From assembly GCF_006345805.1 (NCBI RefSeq), contig NC_042999.1, positions 31,310,001 through 31,374,000 of the forward strand: DNA of 64,000 nucleotides, given 5' to 3'. This document shows positions 12,935 through 26,730 of this stretch, one piece after another; position 1 is the stretch's first letter; each line of letters opens with the position of its first letter. The notes beneath the pieces were generated by a model. That model was not told where the DNA came from, made no database searches, and saw only the letters and a list, made by a program, of their open reading frames with translations. The translations under genes were made by a program, and so were the position numbers. The DNA is from Octopus sinensis. Taxonomy: Eukaryota.

Positions 12935-13318
12935 TATTCATTTACTTGTTTCAGTCATTTGATTGCGGCTATGCTGGAGCACCGACTTTAGTCGAACAAA
13001 TCTCTCTCAGGACTTATTCTTTATAAGACGTGTACTTATTCTGTAGGTTTCTTTGGCCGAACCCCTAAGTTAAGGGGACGTAAACAACCATCATCGGTTG
13101 TCCAGCGATAGTGGGGGTACAAGCACAGATATACAAGTATATATATATATATATATGACGGTCGTCTTTCAGTTTCCGTCCACTAAAACTACTCTCAAGG
13201 CCTTGGTCGACCCGAGGCTATCGTAGAAACATAGTTCCAGGTCCAAATCCACTGCGTTGAACCTGGAACCATTTGGTTAGGAAGGAAGCTTCTTACCACC
13301 CAGTCATGCTACGCCTAT
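12935..13318 (-). mobile_element. SINE family A, diverged near-full copy
   Basis: Both modules and central (TA)n align to 1691-2121. Confidence 0.85.
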
Positions 13319-14039
13319 ACTATTTTTTTCAAATTTTCATCAGAGTACGTCTAGGAAGCAATCTGATTTCTTTTTGAAATATATTTCATGCAAATATTTA
13401 TAAAGGCCATTTTCTTGTGAGACCATAAATAAACCTTAGATTCCAGGAAGACTAATAGTTTTGTGCATATAGATCATAGTATTTACCGTTAAAAGAAATA
13501 TGGGATGTATTTTAAGCTATAATTGAGAATATTCACATATAAGATTTGCTATGTAATCTATAATTAAATTTAAAATCTTTTTATCAAAGCATTGCATCAA
13601 GATATTTGGAGGTTTCGATGAGGCTGTGCTAAAAACACTACTCAAAATCTCCCCGAGATTTTCCCTTATCTGTAAATAATCATCCAAGTATAGACCCAGG
13701 ACCTGATATTTAGTGGGAGGGGGCTGGTGGTATTCGTAGACACCGTTACTTTTCAAAGTATTAAAATTAACTCCGAACGCAAAAGCGGAAAAAATGCTGC
13801 TAATCATTTTGTCTGACGAGCTAAACATTCTCCCATCTCACAAACTTCCCCTTACGTGTAAATATAACATATTCAATAAATGTTACATTCGCTACATATA
13901 TGATATTGATCATTGGAATAATTTATGCAATAAGCTTATTGTATCAGGTTTGAAATGGGTCTAAACAACAACGGTAAAAATAACCAGTTACAGAAATACT
14001 ATGCATTGACTATTTTGTGTTTCACTGTCAACAATTATG

Positions 14040-14265
14040 TCGGCTGATACAGTGGTTTGAAATTTGGACGCAAGAGCAGCATATCATATTCTGGGATGTG
14101 GGTAAGTCGATGACATATACCCCAGTGGTCAGCTAATGTTAATATTATCGACGCGAAAGGATGAATGGCAAAGCTGACCTAGGTGGTATTTGAACATACA
14201 ATGTGGAGACGGAAAATGCCACTAAGTCTTTTGTCCGGTGCAGTTACTATTATGCCAATTCCCTG
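14040..14265 (-). mobile_element. SINE family B, degenerate
   Basis: AAGTCGATGACATATACCCCAGTG...TTATCGACGCGAAAGGATGAATGGCAAAGCTGACCT matches family B core. Confidence 0.75.
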
Positions 14266-14422
14266 TCGTAGAAAATCTAATATATACCAAGGGAATTTTT
14301 ACACAGGGAGAGTAGAAACTATGGAATAAGTCTTAGGTCAATAGTGGTCAATCGATGTAAAAAGATTTTTTTCATCTCTAAATTGTACACGATAAAACTA
14401 AACATAGTATAATTTGAGCGCG

Positions 14423-14497
<75 letters not shown>

Positions 14498-15333
14498 CAG
14501 AGTGAGTGAGAGATATGTGGGAAAGCAGACGATAAAATATTATTAGTTTCACTTTGTAGGATTGAGATGAAATTTGAATTTCTTTTAAACTAATCAACTG
14601 TTTTGCGGTTAATTGTGTAGAAAATCTCACTGGTTTATCTTTGAGAAGCCCTTGCATTTTCTTTGTAATACAGGAAAAGTCCCCAATTAGTGTATGAATG
14701 CTAATCGTTGTAGCGGCAGTACCACCGGTTTTGTCTTGATGTCTAAATTCAGAACTGCCAGCACGCTGAACAATATGATATATATGCAGTGCTTGGAGAA
14801 CACTATGGTCAAGCATTTTTCCGTTTCGACCTTGTCACGTCGCATTCACGCAACAGCAGGAAGTGGTTAAACCTTATCTCTACCTGACTCCGGGTAAACC
14901 GGTAAGTAACTAAACACTAACCAAACAGTAAGTAACTAAGTAACTAAGAAACTAATATATGATGCAGCTGATTTTGTCCAGTTGTTTATCTGCAATTGTT
15001 TTTCTAGATTAGTATATGCATCTGTTTATATGTTTGATCAGGAGTCAAGGTAGAGGGTGATGTTAAACACAGGGACCCAGGTCGGAGTGGGTTAAAGACA
15101 AATAATTCTCCAAAATACAGAAAGGTCTGAGAGTTTTAGTACCCAGCACAATCTCCGCGTTCAGATATTTTGGCGCCTTGTATACTTATATAAATATGAT
15201 TGAGTAAACGTTTAAGATAAAATCATTTAAAATAATTAAATTGCTTCCATATGTAATTCTCTTGAGAAATTTGATGTATCAGCTGAACATCAAATGGTTT
15301 TATTCACTGTTTTAAGGGTTTATATGCACATAC

Positions 15334-15388
<55 letters not shown>

Positions 15389-15954
15389 AGAGACAAACAC
15401 TTTCCTCTCTGGTCAATCTCTCATCAACTTCTTCAAGTACCACTTGAAAAGGAAAGTGAGAGTAGAGAGGCAAGTTTTGTCTAGCGAATCTTTTAAAAAA
15501 AGATGGGTGAATGCAGCAAGAATGGCACGTATGAATGACGAAGCCACCTTGAGCATAGTCCTATGAACCCAGAAATCGAAAACAGAGAGTTGCTTTTTTG
15601 CAAAAAAACAAAAAAAAAAAAAAAGAAATATAAAATGTGACTTCATTGACCGAGGTTACCGTGGTCTTTTCCGTAGGCTTTTCTTTCCACGGGTAAACCT
15701 CACCTGTCCTCCCCTTTACACTTCATATTGACATTTCTGTGATAACGATCCCTATTGATCATTTTTTTTTCCTCTCCCACTTTTTTTTTTTTTTTTTAAC
15801 ACCCCTTTTTTTTTGTCCTCTTTCTCTCCTTTCACGATCCCTTTTGATCGAAACTCCCCCTTCCTTTTTTTTTTTTTTTAAACCTTCAAAAGAAAAGCTC
15901 TACCTTGTAATTTGTTCTATCTGTGTGCAGCCCTGTGTGGCTAATAAAGAAACA
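15389..15954 (+). mobile_element. Tx1/L1-like LINE, 5'-truncated 3' end (ORF2 C-terminus 15390-15566 plus 3' UTR), flanked on both sides by (TATC)n
   Basis: Open frame ETNTFLSGQSLINFFKYHLKRKVRVERQVLSSESFKKRWVNAARMARMNDEATLSIVL* resembles Tx1/L1 ORF2 C-termini (..ER...F..RW..); pyrimidine-rich 3' UTR, AATAAA at 15943-15948; (TATC)n at 15335-15388 and 15955-16012. Confidence 0.75.
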
Positions 15955-17221
15955 TATCTATCTATCTATCTATCTATCTATATCTATCTATCTATTTATC
16001 TATCTATCTATCTGTGTGTGTGTGTGTGTGTGTTTGTGTGATTTTATTATTGTGTCCATAATACATTACTGTAAAAGGTCTCCTATCAAACAAACCAATT
16101 AGTTCTGGAAGTTATATCGTATTTATTTATGCATTCAAAAGTTATACTATAAAAATTTACTATGTTACTGTTTAAAACGACAGATTTTAAAAGTACGTTT
16201 GCTTCCGTTAATATATAATTTTCATGGTACGGTGTTAAAATATTGTACATAATTAACGAATAATAATCAGTATAAACTTGACTTTATATGCACACATTCT
16301 TTAAATACACATGAACATTTTAACTAACGACCCTTTCATTATTTTGAAAGATTCTGGTTTTCTTTACATGATGCCAAATGTACACGTGGTTGTCAGGATA
16401 TTTACACAATCTGAGAAATTTATTTCTTATGCGACTGAATGAACAAAATGTCGGCATGTCAATTTCTTTTCTCAGAAATGTTCTATTTTAATACGCTACA
16501 AGTCCCATGAGACGAAACATTTTTATTTGATACGATCTTGGCTGCGATGTTGATCTATATGTGGCATCGATGTGGAATATCGTTGGGAAATGTTATGTGT
16601 TCGTCTTGCTCACCAACAATGAATGGTATCATTCCATGTTTTAGTAATCTTAAATCGCTGATCAGTTAATTTCAAATCAGACACACACCCATTACATTTT
16701 AGCTGCCTTATCATGCCAAGCAGTATTTAGTGACTACAGAGTATGCGGAACAATAATACCCCATGCACCTGGGCAATTCCGAATGTCTGATAGGAAGATT
16801 TACTATCTATATATCACATATAATAAAATAAACATACGTAATTTGTATTATGGGATTAAGTTATATAACAATTCAATGTAAATATACATCTTCTAGCATA
16901 TATTTCAATGAAGGGACGGATATTTTGATAGCGATATTAATAAGTCCAGTATTATGCTTTGTAATGTATGACTTAAAGAATTTCAAATGCTGAAACATAT
17001 TTTTATACTTAGGTTCGTTTAAGAATTGGTTAGAAATATCTAGTGGTTACTAGATATTATTTTTGCAAACGCCTCTTAATATACACTTCTTGAAACTATA
17101 ATATTTATATACATACACAAAAGAACAGGGGCACACACACATACATAATTGAATCTGTGTGTGTGTGTGTGTGTCGTTGTGTGCACCCTTTAGCAAATTA
17201 ATAGAATTACCGTAAATGTCT

Positions 17222-17520
17222 ATGTAAGTAGAATTGGATAGAATTGTTTCACATCATTGAAGTTCTGTTTCTTGGGAATGAACACATCAGTTTTTACCCG
17301 CTTGCCTCTGATATGAGGGTTCTTCTTCGTCAAGTTTAGGTTTGCACTTAAGCATCTGAGGACCTTAGGTCATCTCTTGTAAAGCAGTAGTTGGATACCA
17401 TTTGAGTCAGTCTTCATGCAATGCCTGGCTTCATCAAATTTGAGAGTTTCATGCAAGACACTTCACTAGAATTGTGAAGCCACACGTGGCTTATATTGTG
17501 CTCTACATGAACGCAACTTG
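17222..17520 (-). pseudogene. Reverse transcriptase fragment of a non-LTR retrotransposon (NeSL/HERO-like by motif)
   Basis: TLKFDEARHCMKTDSNGIQLLLYKR*PKVLRCL...GKRVKTDVFIPKKQNFNDVKQFYPILL matches the RT N-terminal pattern G.DGI...YK.CP..L...W...VFIPK......QFRPISL. Confidence 0.7.
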
Positions 17521-17935
17521 CTCAGTTCCCATATTGATATCGTACAAGCATACGTTCCTCAGCTGTTTTATTTAGAAAATCAGATTGTCTTTTGTTATAT
17601 TGTCATTTAGTAATTTTCACTCGTCAAATTAGTTTCTGCTCCTCTGTGGAATTAGTATAAACTGCCACCAACTGATTGGCTTTCTCTATCTAGAAACAGA
17701 AAATTTCAATAAATCGAGAATTTATCTTCTATATGATTTAATATAAAGTGCTCCCCTTTGTTGTGCAAATATATGACACGAGTTATTCAGAATTATTCTT
17801 ATTACCTCATTTTCCACATATATATGTATACAAACACATATAGAGGCATATTTATACAAGCAACTCTTCATATATACACATACTCACTCACACATATATA
17901 ATACGCAATATATATTATATAAATATATATATGTA

Positions 17936-17995
<60 letters not shown>

Positions 17996-18345
17996 CGTAT
18001 TATATATGTATACGAGTATAAATATATAGTTATTTACTTATATATATGTATGTATACACTCACTTCTGTACTCACAAATATATACGTAATTTTATGCATA
18101 CACGCACATGTGTGTATGTGCTTCTGTATTCGTATGTCTATTGTAGATAAATCCATTCTTTACAACGTGAATAAATTATTTTCAACACATACAGATAAAA
18201 CATCACCTGTTCTTGGCATAACCAATTGACCGCCAGCTCTGGTGATGATATTAACACAGACAAGTTTCTCTTGTTATTTCAAAGAAATCCTACATCGGCG
18301 TGTGTGCATTATTTTGTGTGAGTAAGAACAGGACACACTGTTTAC

Positions 18346-18405
<60 letters not shown>

Positions 18406-18783
18406 TGTGTGTGTGTGTGTGTTTGTGTTTGAACGCGTGCATATATAAATATGCAATTAGTTCATGAAATACTTAGACATATGCTATATAAGGAACTTAA
18501 CATTACTGAAAAAACTTCAATGTGTGTAGACTACCTACACTGAAGCAGCTATTTAACACCAGGCTGGATTTGAAAGAGAATGCTTTTGATCAGCTCTGGT
18601 ATTTTTGTTTCATTGCTAGATAAAATTATACACAATTCAATTTCATTTTATGGCAGCGGCATGTTCTTTGGTGGAGAGAAGTTGGCTGCTATTGCAAGAT
18701 ATCACCTGATAGCAGAAATGATACCAGAATTGCCGAGAGACAGCGTCTAGCGTCGTAAGTTATATATCTATGTGTGTGTATGT

Positions 18784-18832
<49 letters not shown>

Positions 18833-18877
18833 TGAATGCGTTTATAGATGAAGGTGAGGTAGAGGTGTATTTTTCTA

Positions 18878-19080
18878 TTATTTTAATCTTGTTTCAGTCA
18901 TCTGACTGCGGCCATACAGGAGCACCGCATTAATGTGTTTTAGACGAAAAAATCGATCCCAGGGCTTATTCTTGTAAACTGGTACTTATTCTATTGTTCT
19001 CTGTTGCCAAACCCCTAAGTTATGAGGACATAAACATACTACCATCAGTTGCCAAGCAATGGTGGGGGTACACACAGATT
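18878..19080 (-). mobile_element. SINE family A, 3' module only
   Basis: CTTGTTTCAGTCATCTGACTGCGGCCATACAGGAGCACCGC...GGTACTTATTCTATTG...CCATCAGTTGCCAAGCAATGGTGGGGG. Confidence 0.85.
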
Positions 19081-19782
19081 ACACAAACCCACACGGCGTT
19101 ACACGTAAATAATTCTACATGTAAACTAATGCAAATATACGCGGTTCGTTATATTGGGGTTGCAATTTATCAGACTTGCATCAAGACGGCCATTGTCAAA
19201 TGTTGTAATGATCATGTATTATGTGTATTCTATAGGGAGGAAAAATCATTGCAGGAAAAAATAAAAGTTAAAAATGATGAATGAAAAATATCCTCTTTTG
19301 CTGTATTGTAAATAGTGATCTGAAAAACAATTTCGGAGTGAAAAATTACGACGATAAGATTTATTTCACGTTTTATCAAAATTTCACAAAAATTCTTATA
19401 ACGTCAGAAGCACACATGGACGCACGTGTAATTAAATACTGATAGGTAGAGTTGTATGTAGATCCAGCTAATTCTACATAAGGGAAACGCAATAGGCTTT
19501 ATCTGTGCTTATTAAACATAAAGTAAAGGAAAGGGAGATCGTGCTTAATAAAGATGGAGAAAATGCTCTTGTAAGCAGCCCGTACATGCACATGTCTCAC
19601 GGCAAGGTTTCTTGGACAAGTCTTCTCATTGTTCACGAATGCAAATCTCCAGTTTTCTATAATAACAACGTAGTCTAAAACGCATCCGATATGATCTCCA
19701 TGCAATATGGAGATGCCGGAAAGCATTCAAAACGGTGACGAAACAAGCAGTCCAGCATTCTACACAACCACACACAAACATA

Positions 19783-19784
<2 letters not shown>

Positions 19785-19879
<95 letters not shown>

Positions 19880-19910
19880 TATATATATGCATGAATATAT
19901 ATATATATAC

Positions 19911-19994
<84 letters not shown>

Positions 19995-20007
19995 CATATA
20001 TATATAA

Positions 20008-20039
<32 letters not shown>

Positions 20040-20081
20040 ATATATATATATATATAATATACATATATAATATATATATAT

Positions 20082-20115
<34 letters not shown>

Positions 20116-20145
20116 CATATATATATATAACATATATATATATAA

Positions 20146-20202
<57 letters not shown>

Positions 20203-20520
20203 CATATATATATGCATATGTATATATAATATACATATACATATACATATATATATATGCATGTATATATATGCATATATATGTATGCATATATATGTAT
20301 ACACATACATACATACACATATGCATGTACATATATATATATATACATATAATATATATATATATATATATAGATATATATATATAGATATATATATATA
20401 CATACATATATCAATGTACATATGTATACATATATTCATATATATATATATATATATATACATATATATACATATATACATCTCTCTCTCTCTCTAGATA
20501 TATATATATATATATATATA
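19785..20520. repeat. Long imperfect (TA)n array
   Basis: Direct reading. Confidence 0.95.
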
Positions 20521-20942
20521 TGCCTGTGTGTGTGTGTGTACGTTTTATGTATTTGTGTGTGTGTGTATACCATTTCTGACCGTGCACATATATTGATGCT
20601 AATGTTTCCTCGTGTTCACACTATGAGTTTTGTACTTTTATAGATATTTACGGCTTGTTTTTGTTACCGCTATATTAGTCGCTATAGTCATTCTTTTGCC
20701 GTTCAATAGTACTATTTCTAGAATTATTTCTAATAGTGCTTGTAAAGGATGTAATATTGATGGTCTTTTTGTTGTCGTCGTATTATTTCTGCCTGTTTTT
20801 GTGTTGTTGTTGGTGGAGGGTGTTACTCAAAATATATTTTATATCTTTGTCTCTGTGCATTTGATGGTTTTTCGTTCGTTCTGTTTGTTGTTCTGTTTTT
20901 TGCTACATACATTTATATATTCACAAGAATCACACATATACT

Positions 20943-21023
<81 letters not shown>

Positions 21024-21463
21024 GTGTGTGTGTGTGTATGAAAAAATATATATGATTACATACAGATGGGTGCAGATAAAGGTTCATGCAAATAATCATA
21101 TCTTTCTACACAAACACATACACACACACGTACACACATTAAGTGAAGCTGTTAGACGTGTTTAGTTTGAGTTTAGCAATTGTAAACATGGGGGTAGATG
21201 CCATGGTTGTTGAGGTTAAGCGTGGATGGAAGTTGCTACACGGAAAACATCAAATAATATGCCACACAAATACTTTTTCTTCATCGGTATTTTTGAATAT
21301 TCAGTGAGAACAGACGAATGCATAGTTTTACCATAAATACTTTTGACAACTGTTTCTCTCGTTTGCTTGTATTTTTTTTCTTCTTTTCTCTGGATGCATT
21401 CAGTCTCCATAAATATATTTCCCATTATATATATATATATATATGTATATGAACATATATATG

Positions 21464-21512
<49 letters not shown>

Positions 21513-21522
21513 GTGTGTATGT

Positions 21523-21590
<68 letters not shown>

Positions 21591-22743
21591 TATACATATA
21601 TATGTATATATTTGTGTATATCTGTATAGATACATAGATATATAGATAGTGTGTATATATGGAGAGTGTGTGTGAGGGTATATGTGTGTGTATATATGTT
21701 TATATAAATTAATGTATGTATCTATGTTTATATGCCTGTTGTTTGTTTGTGTGCATATGTGTTCTATGTTTGGTCTCTATTTCATAATACAAAAACCAGA
21801 CGCCATTAACCGTACATATTGATATTTGATTTTGATCTTTATTGACTGTGTTTTCCTATTTGAATTAAATATTAATATCGTTGTTACAGTTGTGATTGTT
21901 ATTATTAATATTCTTCTCTTTCTTCTTCTTGTTATTTTTCTTCTTATTATTTTCATTATTCTTATTATCTTCATCATCAACAACATTATTGATTTTCTCA
22001 ATCATTTGTTACCATAGATATTTATAGGCATAACGAACGACCACAACAAGGAATGCGTACACACACACATATACACTCATAAAAAACATGAATACATACC
22101 CACAGATGCATCTCAATGGATCATATGATTCACCCCTCCTACTATGCCAGAAAATGAATTCCCAACAACATAAACATTTATGCTAACATTCATATATAGA
22201 CACAAAATCATGTACACATACGCAAACATATATACATACATCTGTGCATGCCTGTGAGATTTCACGCTTCCGTATATTGGCACAAGAGGAAAAGCTGTTT
22301 AAAATCTATATGCATGCACACTAGGGCGAGCATGAGAATAAAATATTGGTGTGTTTCCGTGTGTGTGTCTTTCTGTTTGGCTTTTATACATGCATGAATG
22401 TATAATTATCGTTACAATGAAAGTTAAAGTTATTCCTTTGCTACATTATATATTTTCTCTGATACTTCCGATTAATTCTTGCTTTCGTTTTGGATGAAGA
22501 TGAATCAAAACTTGTATGGTAGTTGTTATTCACTTATAATGAATACATATTCATAATATCAGCAAAATATGAATACTGCTATACGAATAGTATCCTTATC
22601 ATCATAATAATCAGCAATAATAATAATAGCAAAAACAACAACACAGACAAAGTAAATATTCACAGCTATTATCGCATATAAGTGTCTGTAAACAGTTCAC
22701 ATATGAAAGGCATCAGAAAAACTGAGTGCAATTAAGTGATGCA

Positions 22744-22779
<36 letters not shown>

Positions 22780-22790
22780 TATTTATATAG

Positions 22791-22830
<40 letters not shown>

Positions 22831-22958
22831 TATAATTATATAACATAGACATACATATATATATTATGGACATATATATATATAATAATATGTAGGAATA
22901 TATATATTTGTATATTAACATATATACATGTAAATATGTATACATACATATATATGTA

Positions 22959-22991
<33 letters not shown>

Positions 22992-23064
22992 ATATGTAGG
23001 CATATATATTTGTATTTTAATACATATATACATGTAAATATGTATACATACATATATATGTAAC

Positions 23065-23096
<32 letters not shown>

Positions 23097-23520
23097 TATG
23101 CTTGTATATATGTATATATATATGCGTGGTGTATATATATGTTTATATATATATATATATATATGTATGTTGTGTATGTGTGTGTGTCTCTATACACCTA
23201 CAAACTATATATGTATATTAAATTTCTGGGGTTTATTTTCTTAATGGAAGCATATTGTTTGCTACACAGCTACAATACCCAGAACAAATTTATTGAGTAC
23301 TTTACTGTCTTAAGCACCCTGAACCTTATGATTTGTTTCATACAAAGATACACATACATGCATATTTAAAGAGATATTTGCGTGTGCCTATGTATCTATT
23401 TGTGTATCTGTTAGTGTATGCAAGTGTATGTATATGTGTGTACATATAATTACCCTGAAGCTTTGCAATTTCTAGCAATAAAATTGAAAAAAATCCATTA
23501 ACAACCACAACAACATCAAT

Positions 23521-23533
23521 AATAATATTAATG

Positions 23534-23588
<55 letters not shown>
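23521..23588. repeat. (AAT)n microsatellite
   Basis: Direct reading. Confidence 0.95.
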
Positions 23589-24724
23589 GACCTTATCAAA
23601 ATGTCTGTCCATCACAGACATACGGAAAACAATAAATAATACAGCACTATCAACACTCTCTCCGTCGCTGCTAATATCAGCTACTACGAGGGGAAAAAAG
23701 TCACAACAAAATCAATAGAAGACGAATCAATTACAAATTGTGTATTTATGTGAAATCTAGACTTTGTAATTAAGTAAATCAAATATATCAATGATTCCTT
23801 GCTTAAAAGAAAACAAACACAAAATTTGTTGAATGATAATATAGTTTACCTCATATATTATATTGTTTTATATACTATTATAGATAACTCTGAATTGCTT
23901 TTGACACAGAAACTCAACATATCTGAAATAACAGACACCACACACACATATTAACTCAAAATCGTATACACAGACACATACATCTATTATATACAACTTT
24001 CTTCCATGTTTGTCTACCAGTTTCAAATATGAAGATGTTGGCCAAGTGGGCAATCCGATGATAGACCACTATCATTTATGGCTCCGATTAGCTTGGCTTA
24101 TTCAAAAATATAGAGGAAAGAAAAATTACAATAAATAATTGCACAGATGTCTCAACACCTCAAACTTCATAAGAAATATCTAGCCTGCTTTAGTCCTTCC
24201 TACTTCACTTTCAACCATCCGTAAATATGTATGCATGTATTCATGCATGTACAGGAATGCACATGTAAGTTAAAATCTGTAAATAAAACTATTTTGTTTC
24301 TAGTGTGTGCACTTCCCTTAATGAGGGAAGCAGCATTTCGTTAACGAATACGGGACACCTTTCGCGTTAAGCGAACAAACTACCCCTATTTGAATAGAAT
24401 AAGTGCATTTATATGAACAGAATTTTTGATGTCGTTTGACAAAACACGAATAATTATGTATCTATGATAACGGGATTTATTCATTGTCATATAAACACGG
24501 CTATTTATTCTTGAAACATATTTCTTTTTTACGTGGCAACCACATAGTTTGTTGTCGAATCACACTCTACCGCAACATGGGTATTTGCCTGGCATATTGT
24601 TCAACACATTTGGAAGTTAATTTGGTAGACGAGATAATTATGGTAGTCCTACGAACGTGCATACACACACACAAGAGTGTATATAAAAGGGTTTGACAAA
24701 AGGTAATTTGTTACAATGATATAG

Positions 24725-25215
24725 CTATCGAACTTTGAAAGTGGTCAAATTGTTGGTGCACGTATGGCAGGGGATAGCTTCACGAAAACATCAGAAATGT
24801 TTAGTTTATCAAGAAGTACTGTCTCGAAACTAATGACAGCCTTTGAAAAAGAGGGAAGAACCACATCGTTGAAGCTAAACTCCGGAAGGAAAACCAAAAC
24901 ATACAGATAGGGATCGTCGGACCCTTACAAGAATTGTTAGAAAGAATCACAAAAGTACAGCACCCAAAATTACTGTAGAGCTTAATGACAACTTCGAAGA
25001 CCAATTTTCCACAAAATCTGTTCGACGGGAGCTGAACAAAGCCGGATATCACGGAAGGGATGCAACCAGAAAACCATTACTATCAAAACAAAAGCTGCAA
25101 AGCCTTTAGAGTGGTGTTAAAACGTACAGAGGTGGTCCCTAGGGCAGCGGAAGAATATTTTTCTCTCGGACGAGTCATCCTTTACCTGGTTTCCAACCAC
25201 CGGCCAAGTTATTTC
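24725..25215 (+). pseudogene. Tc1-family transposase, N-terminal half, degenerate
   Basis: LSNFESGQIVGARMAGDSFTKTSEMFSLSRSTVSKLMTAFEKEGRTTSLKLNSGRK / TDRDRRTLTRIVRKNHKSTAPKITVELN...STKSVRRELNKAGYHGRDATRKPLLSK...SDESSF (paired-like HTH, GRPR-like motif, first catalytic D); frameshifts. Confidence 0.93.
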
Positions 25216-25394
25216 CGGCCTCAGCGCGCCAAAATGAAGACATTTGCAAAATACCCCCAAATATAAAATGCAGAACTGTATACATGCTCTCTTTCGAGTG
25301 AGCTTTCAGTCTCTAGTTCTGGAAATTGTGTTTTATAAGCGACAGACTACACTGATGAGCTTGCAGATATTTACATTTGTAAATATTAACCCCA

Positions 25395-25820
25395 CTTCCC
25401 AACCCGGCTTGTTCCCCTGCTCCCTCCACGCTGCAGCAGTTGCCCGTACTTCTCCAACACTGCCATTGTCACATGCACCCATCATCGACCCTATCATATC
25501 ACTGACTCCTTCACTTTCTCTTCTAGCAACGTCAATTACTGCATCTCCTGCTCTCTCTCTCTCTCTCTCTCTCTCCCCTGTACATCTATCAAACAGGACG
25601 CGACACCACTTGGCTGAGCGGTTTGCGGAACACCATCGAGTTATCAGATTCGGCAATGATACCCCGCTTTTGCGCTATTTCTGCCCCACCGGTCATTCTT
25701 TACACCACGTGCCTATGTTCTAATTGTCTTCGCCGTAAGCAGAAATTAATCTCTCTCCCTTCCTTTGCTCCGTCTTCATCTAACTCCCCTCCTCTCTCAT
25801 CTCTTCCTCTGAACAAATGA
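25395..25820 (+). pseudogene. Penelope-like element GIY-YIG endonuclease remnant
   Basis: PGLFPC / CSSCPYFSNTAIVT..HITDSFTFSSSNVNYCISCS(CT repeat)LYIYQTGR / LAERFAEHHRVIRFGNDTPLLRYF..TGHSL: the C..C, N.IY.I.C, YIG.TGR.L..R..EH pattern of PLE endonucleases. Confidence 0.85.
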
Positions 25821-25824
25821 GTAT

Positions 25825-26730
25825 TGTCAAAATATTCAATTTTGCAGTCCACACACTTGCCGTCTACCCGTTCCATCGCTGCTGCAATCCTTGGATGCAA
25901 TTCCTAAAAAAGCTTTCTTCTTCCTCAAAAGAACCATCAACAACAGATATAACTTCATTATCAAGTGTCATTGGTTCCCAGCCGGGTATTTTACTTGTTG
26001 AGGAACGGATGATAGTGAGATGGGGCCACATCAGGAAAATAGGGAAGACGATCAACAATTTCAAAATCAAATTTGCGCATTGCTCTAATAAATCAATAAC
26101 ACTTTCGACACCTTTCATGAGAGCCTTTGTTCTTGATTAACATTTATAACTGCCTCAGCAACTTGGGATATTACTTTTCATTGATGGTGTGGCACTTTTG
26201 AAGATAGTAAATAAACACAATACCTTTTGTATCCAAACAGACAAATGCCAACATCTTCCCTGCAGATGAAGAGACCTTGTCCTCCTTTCAAGGAAGAGTT
26301 TTCTATTGCCTGGATTCTCTTTGTGTCCTGCTCAAAATGATGAACTCAACATTGATCTGTGAAAGGAAGCGTTCGACGAAACCGATGGGATCGACTTAAA
26401 AAGGCTATTCCAGCTGTGTGATCAGCTTGGGGCACATTTGGTGAGGCGTTATAAAACCTGCACCTAAGATGCAAATACTTCGTCATGCCAAGTGCATTAT
26501 CCAGAATATTCTCAGCACTCTCACGAGATATAACTGCGTTCGCTGTTTGATTGATAGATGATCGCCTATTATTCATTAACTTGTGTTGAACACGATCAAT
26601 GTTTTTCCTCCGTAATGGCAGTTTCAGGACGTTCACATTTAGGGCCCTTCTCAAGTCTTAACCTTACCCTCATAACTGCGAGCATGAATGACCTCGTGGC
26701 TGCACGATACCAATTGATTTCCATTTTCAA
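25825..26730 (-). pseudogene. mariner transposase remnant
   Basis: MEINWYRAA..., ERPETAIT/NIDRVQHKLMNNRRSSINQTANAVISRESAENILDNALGMTK, DFEIVDRLPYFPDVAPSHYHPF (YSPDLAP-like), DNEVISVVDGSF..SFFRNCIQGLQQRW/KCVD; many stops and indels. Confidence 0.92.

Noticed and set aside
14319-14901. 165-aa minus ORF (KTGGTAATTISIHTL, vaguely PIF1-like) and plus-strand exon-like segment (YDIYAVLGEHYGQ, vaguely ENaC-like) ending at CCG|GTAAGT
   Set aside because: Motif resemblances lack the adjacent conserved residues, and all plus frames hit stops before the donor
20630-21055. 141-aa hydrophobic 'membrane protein' ORF
   Set aside because: T-rich cryptic triplet low-complexity sequence running into (TA)n; the hydrophobicity is compositional
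24033-24150. Strong acceptor followed by FKYEDVGQVGNPMIDHYHLWLRLAWLIQKYRGKKNYNK*
   Set aside because: No upstream exon can be linked with support and no family recognised
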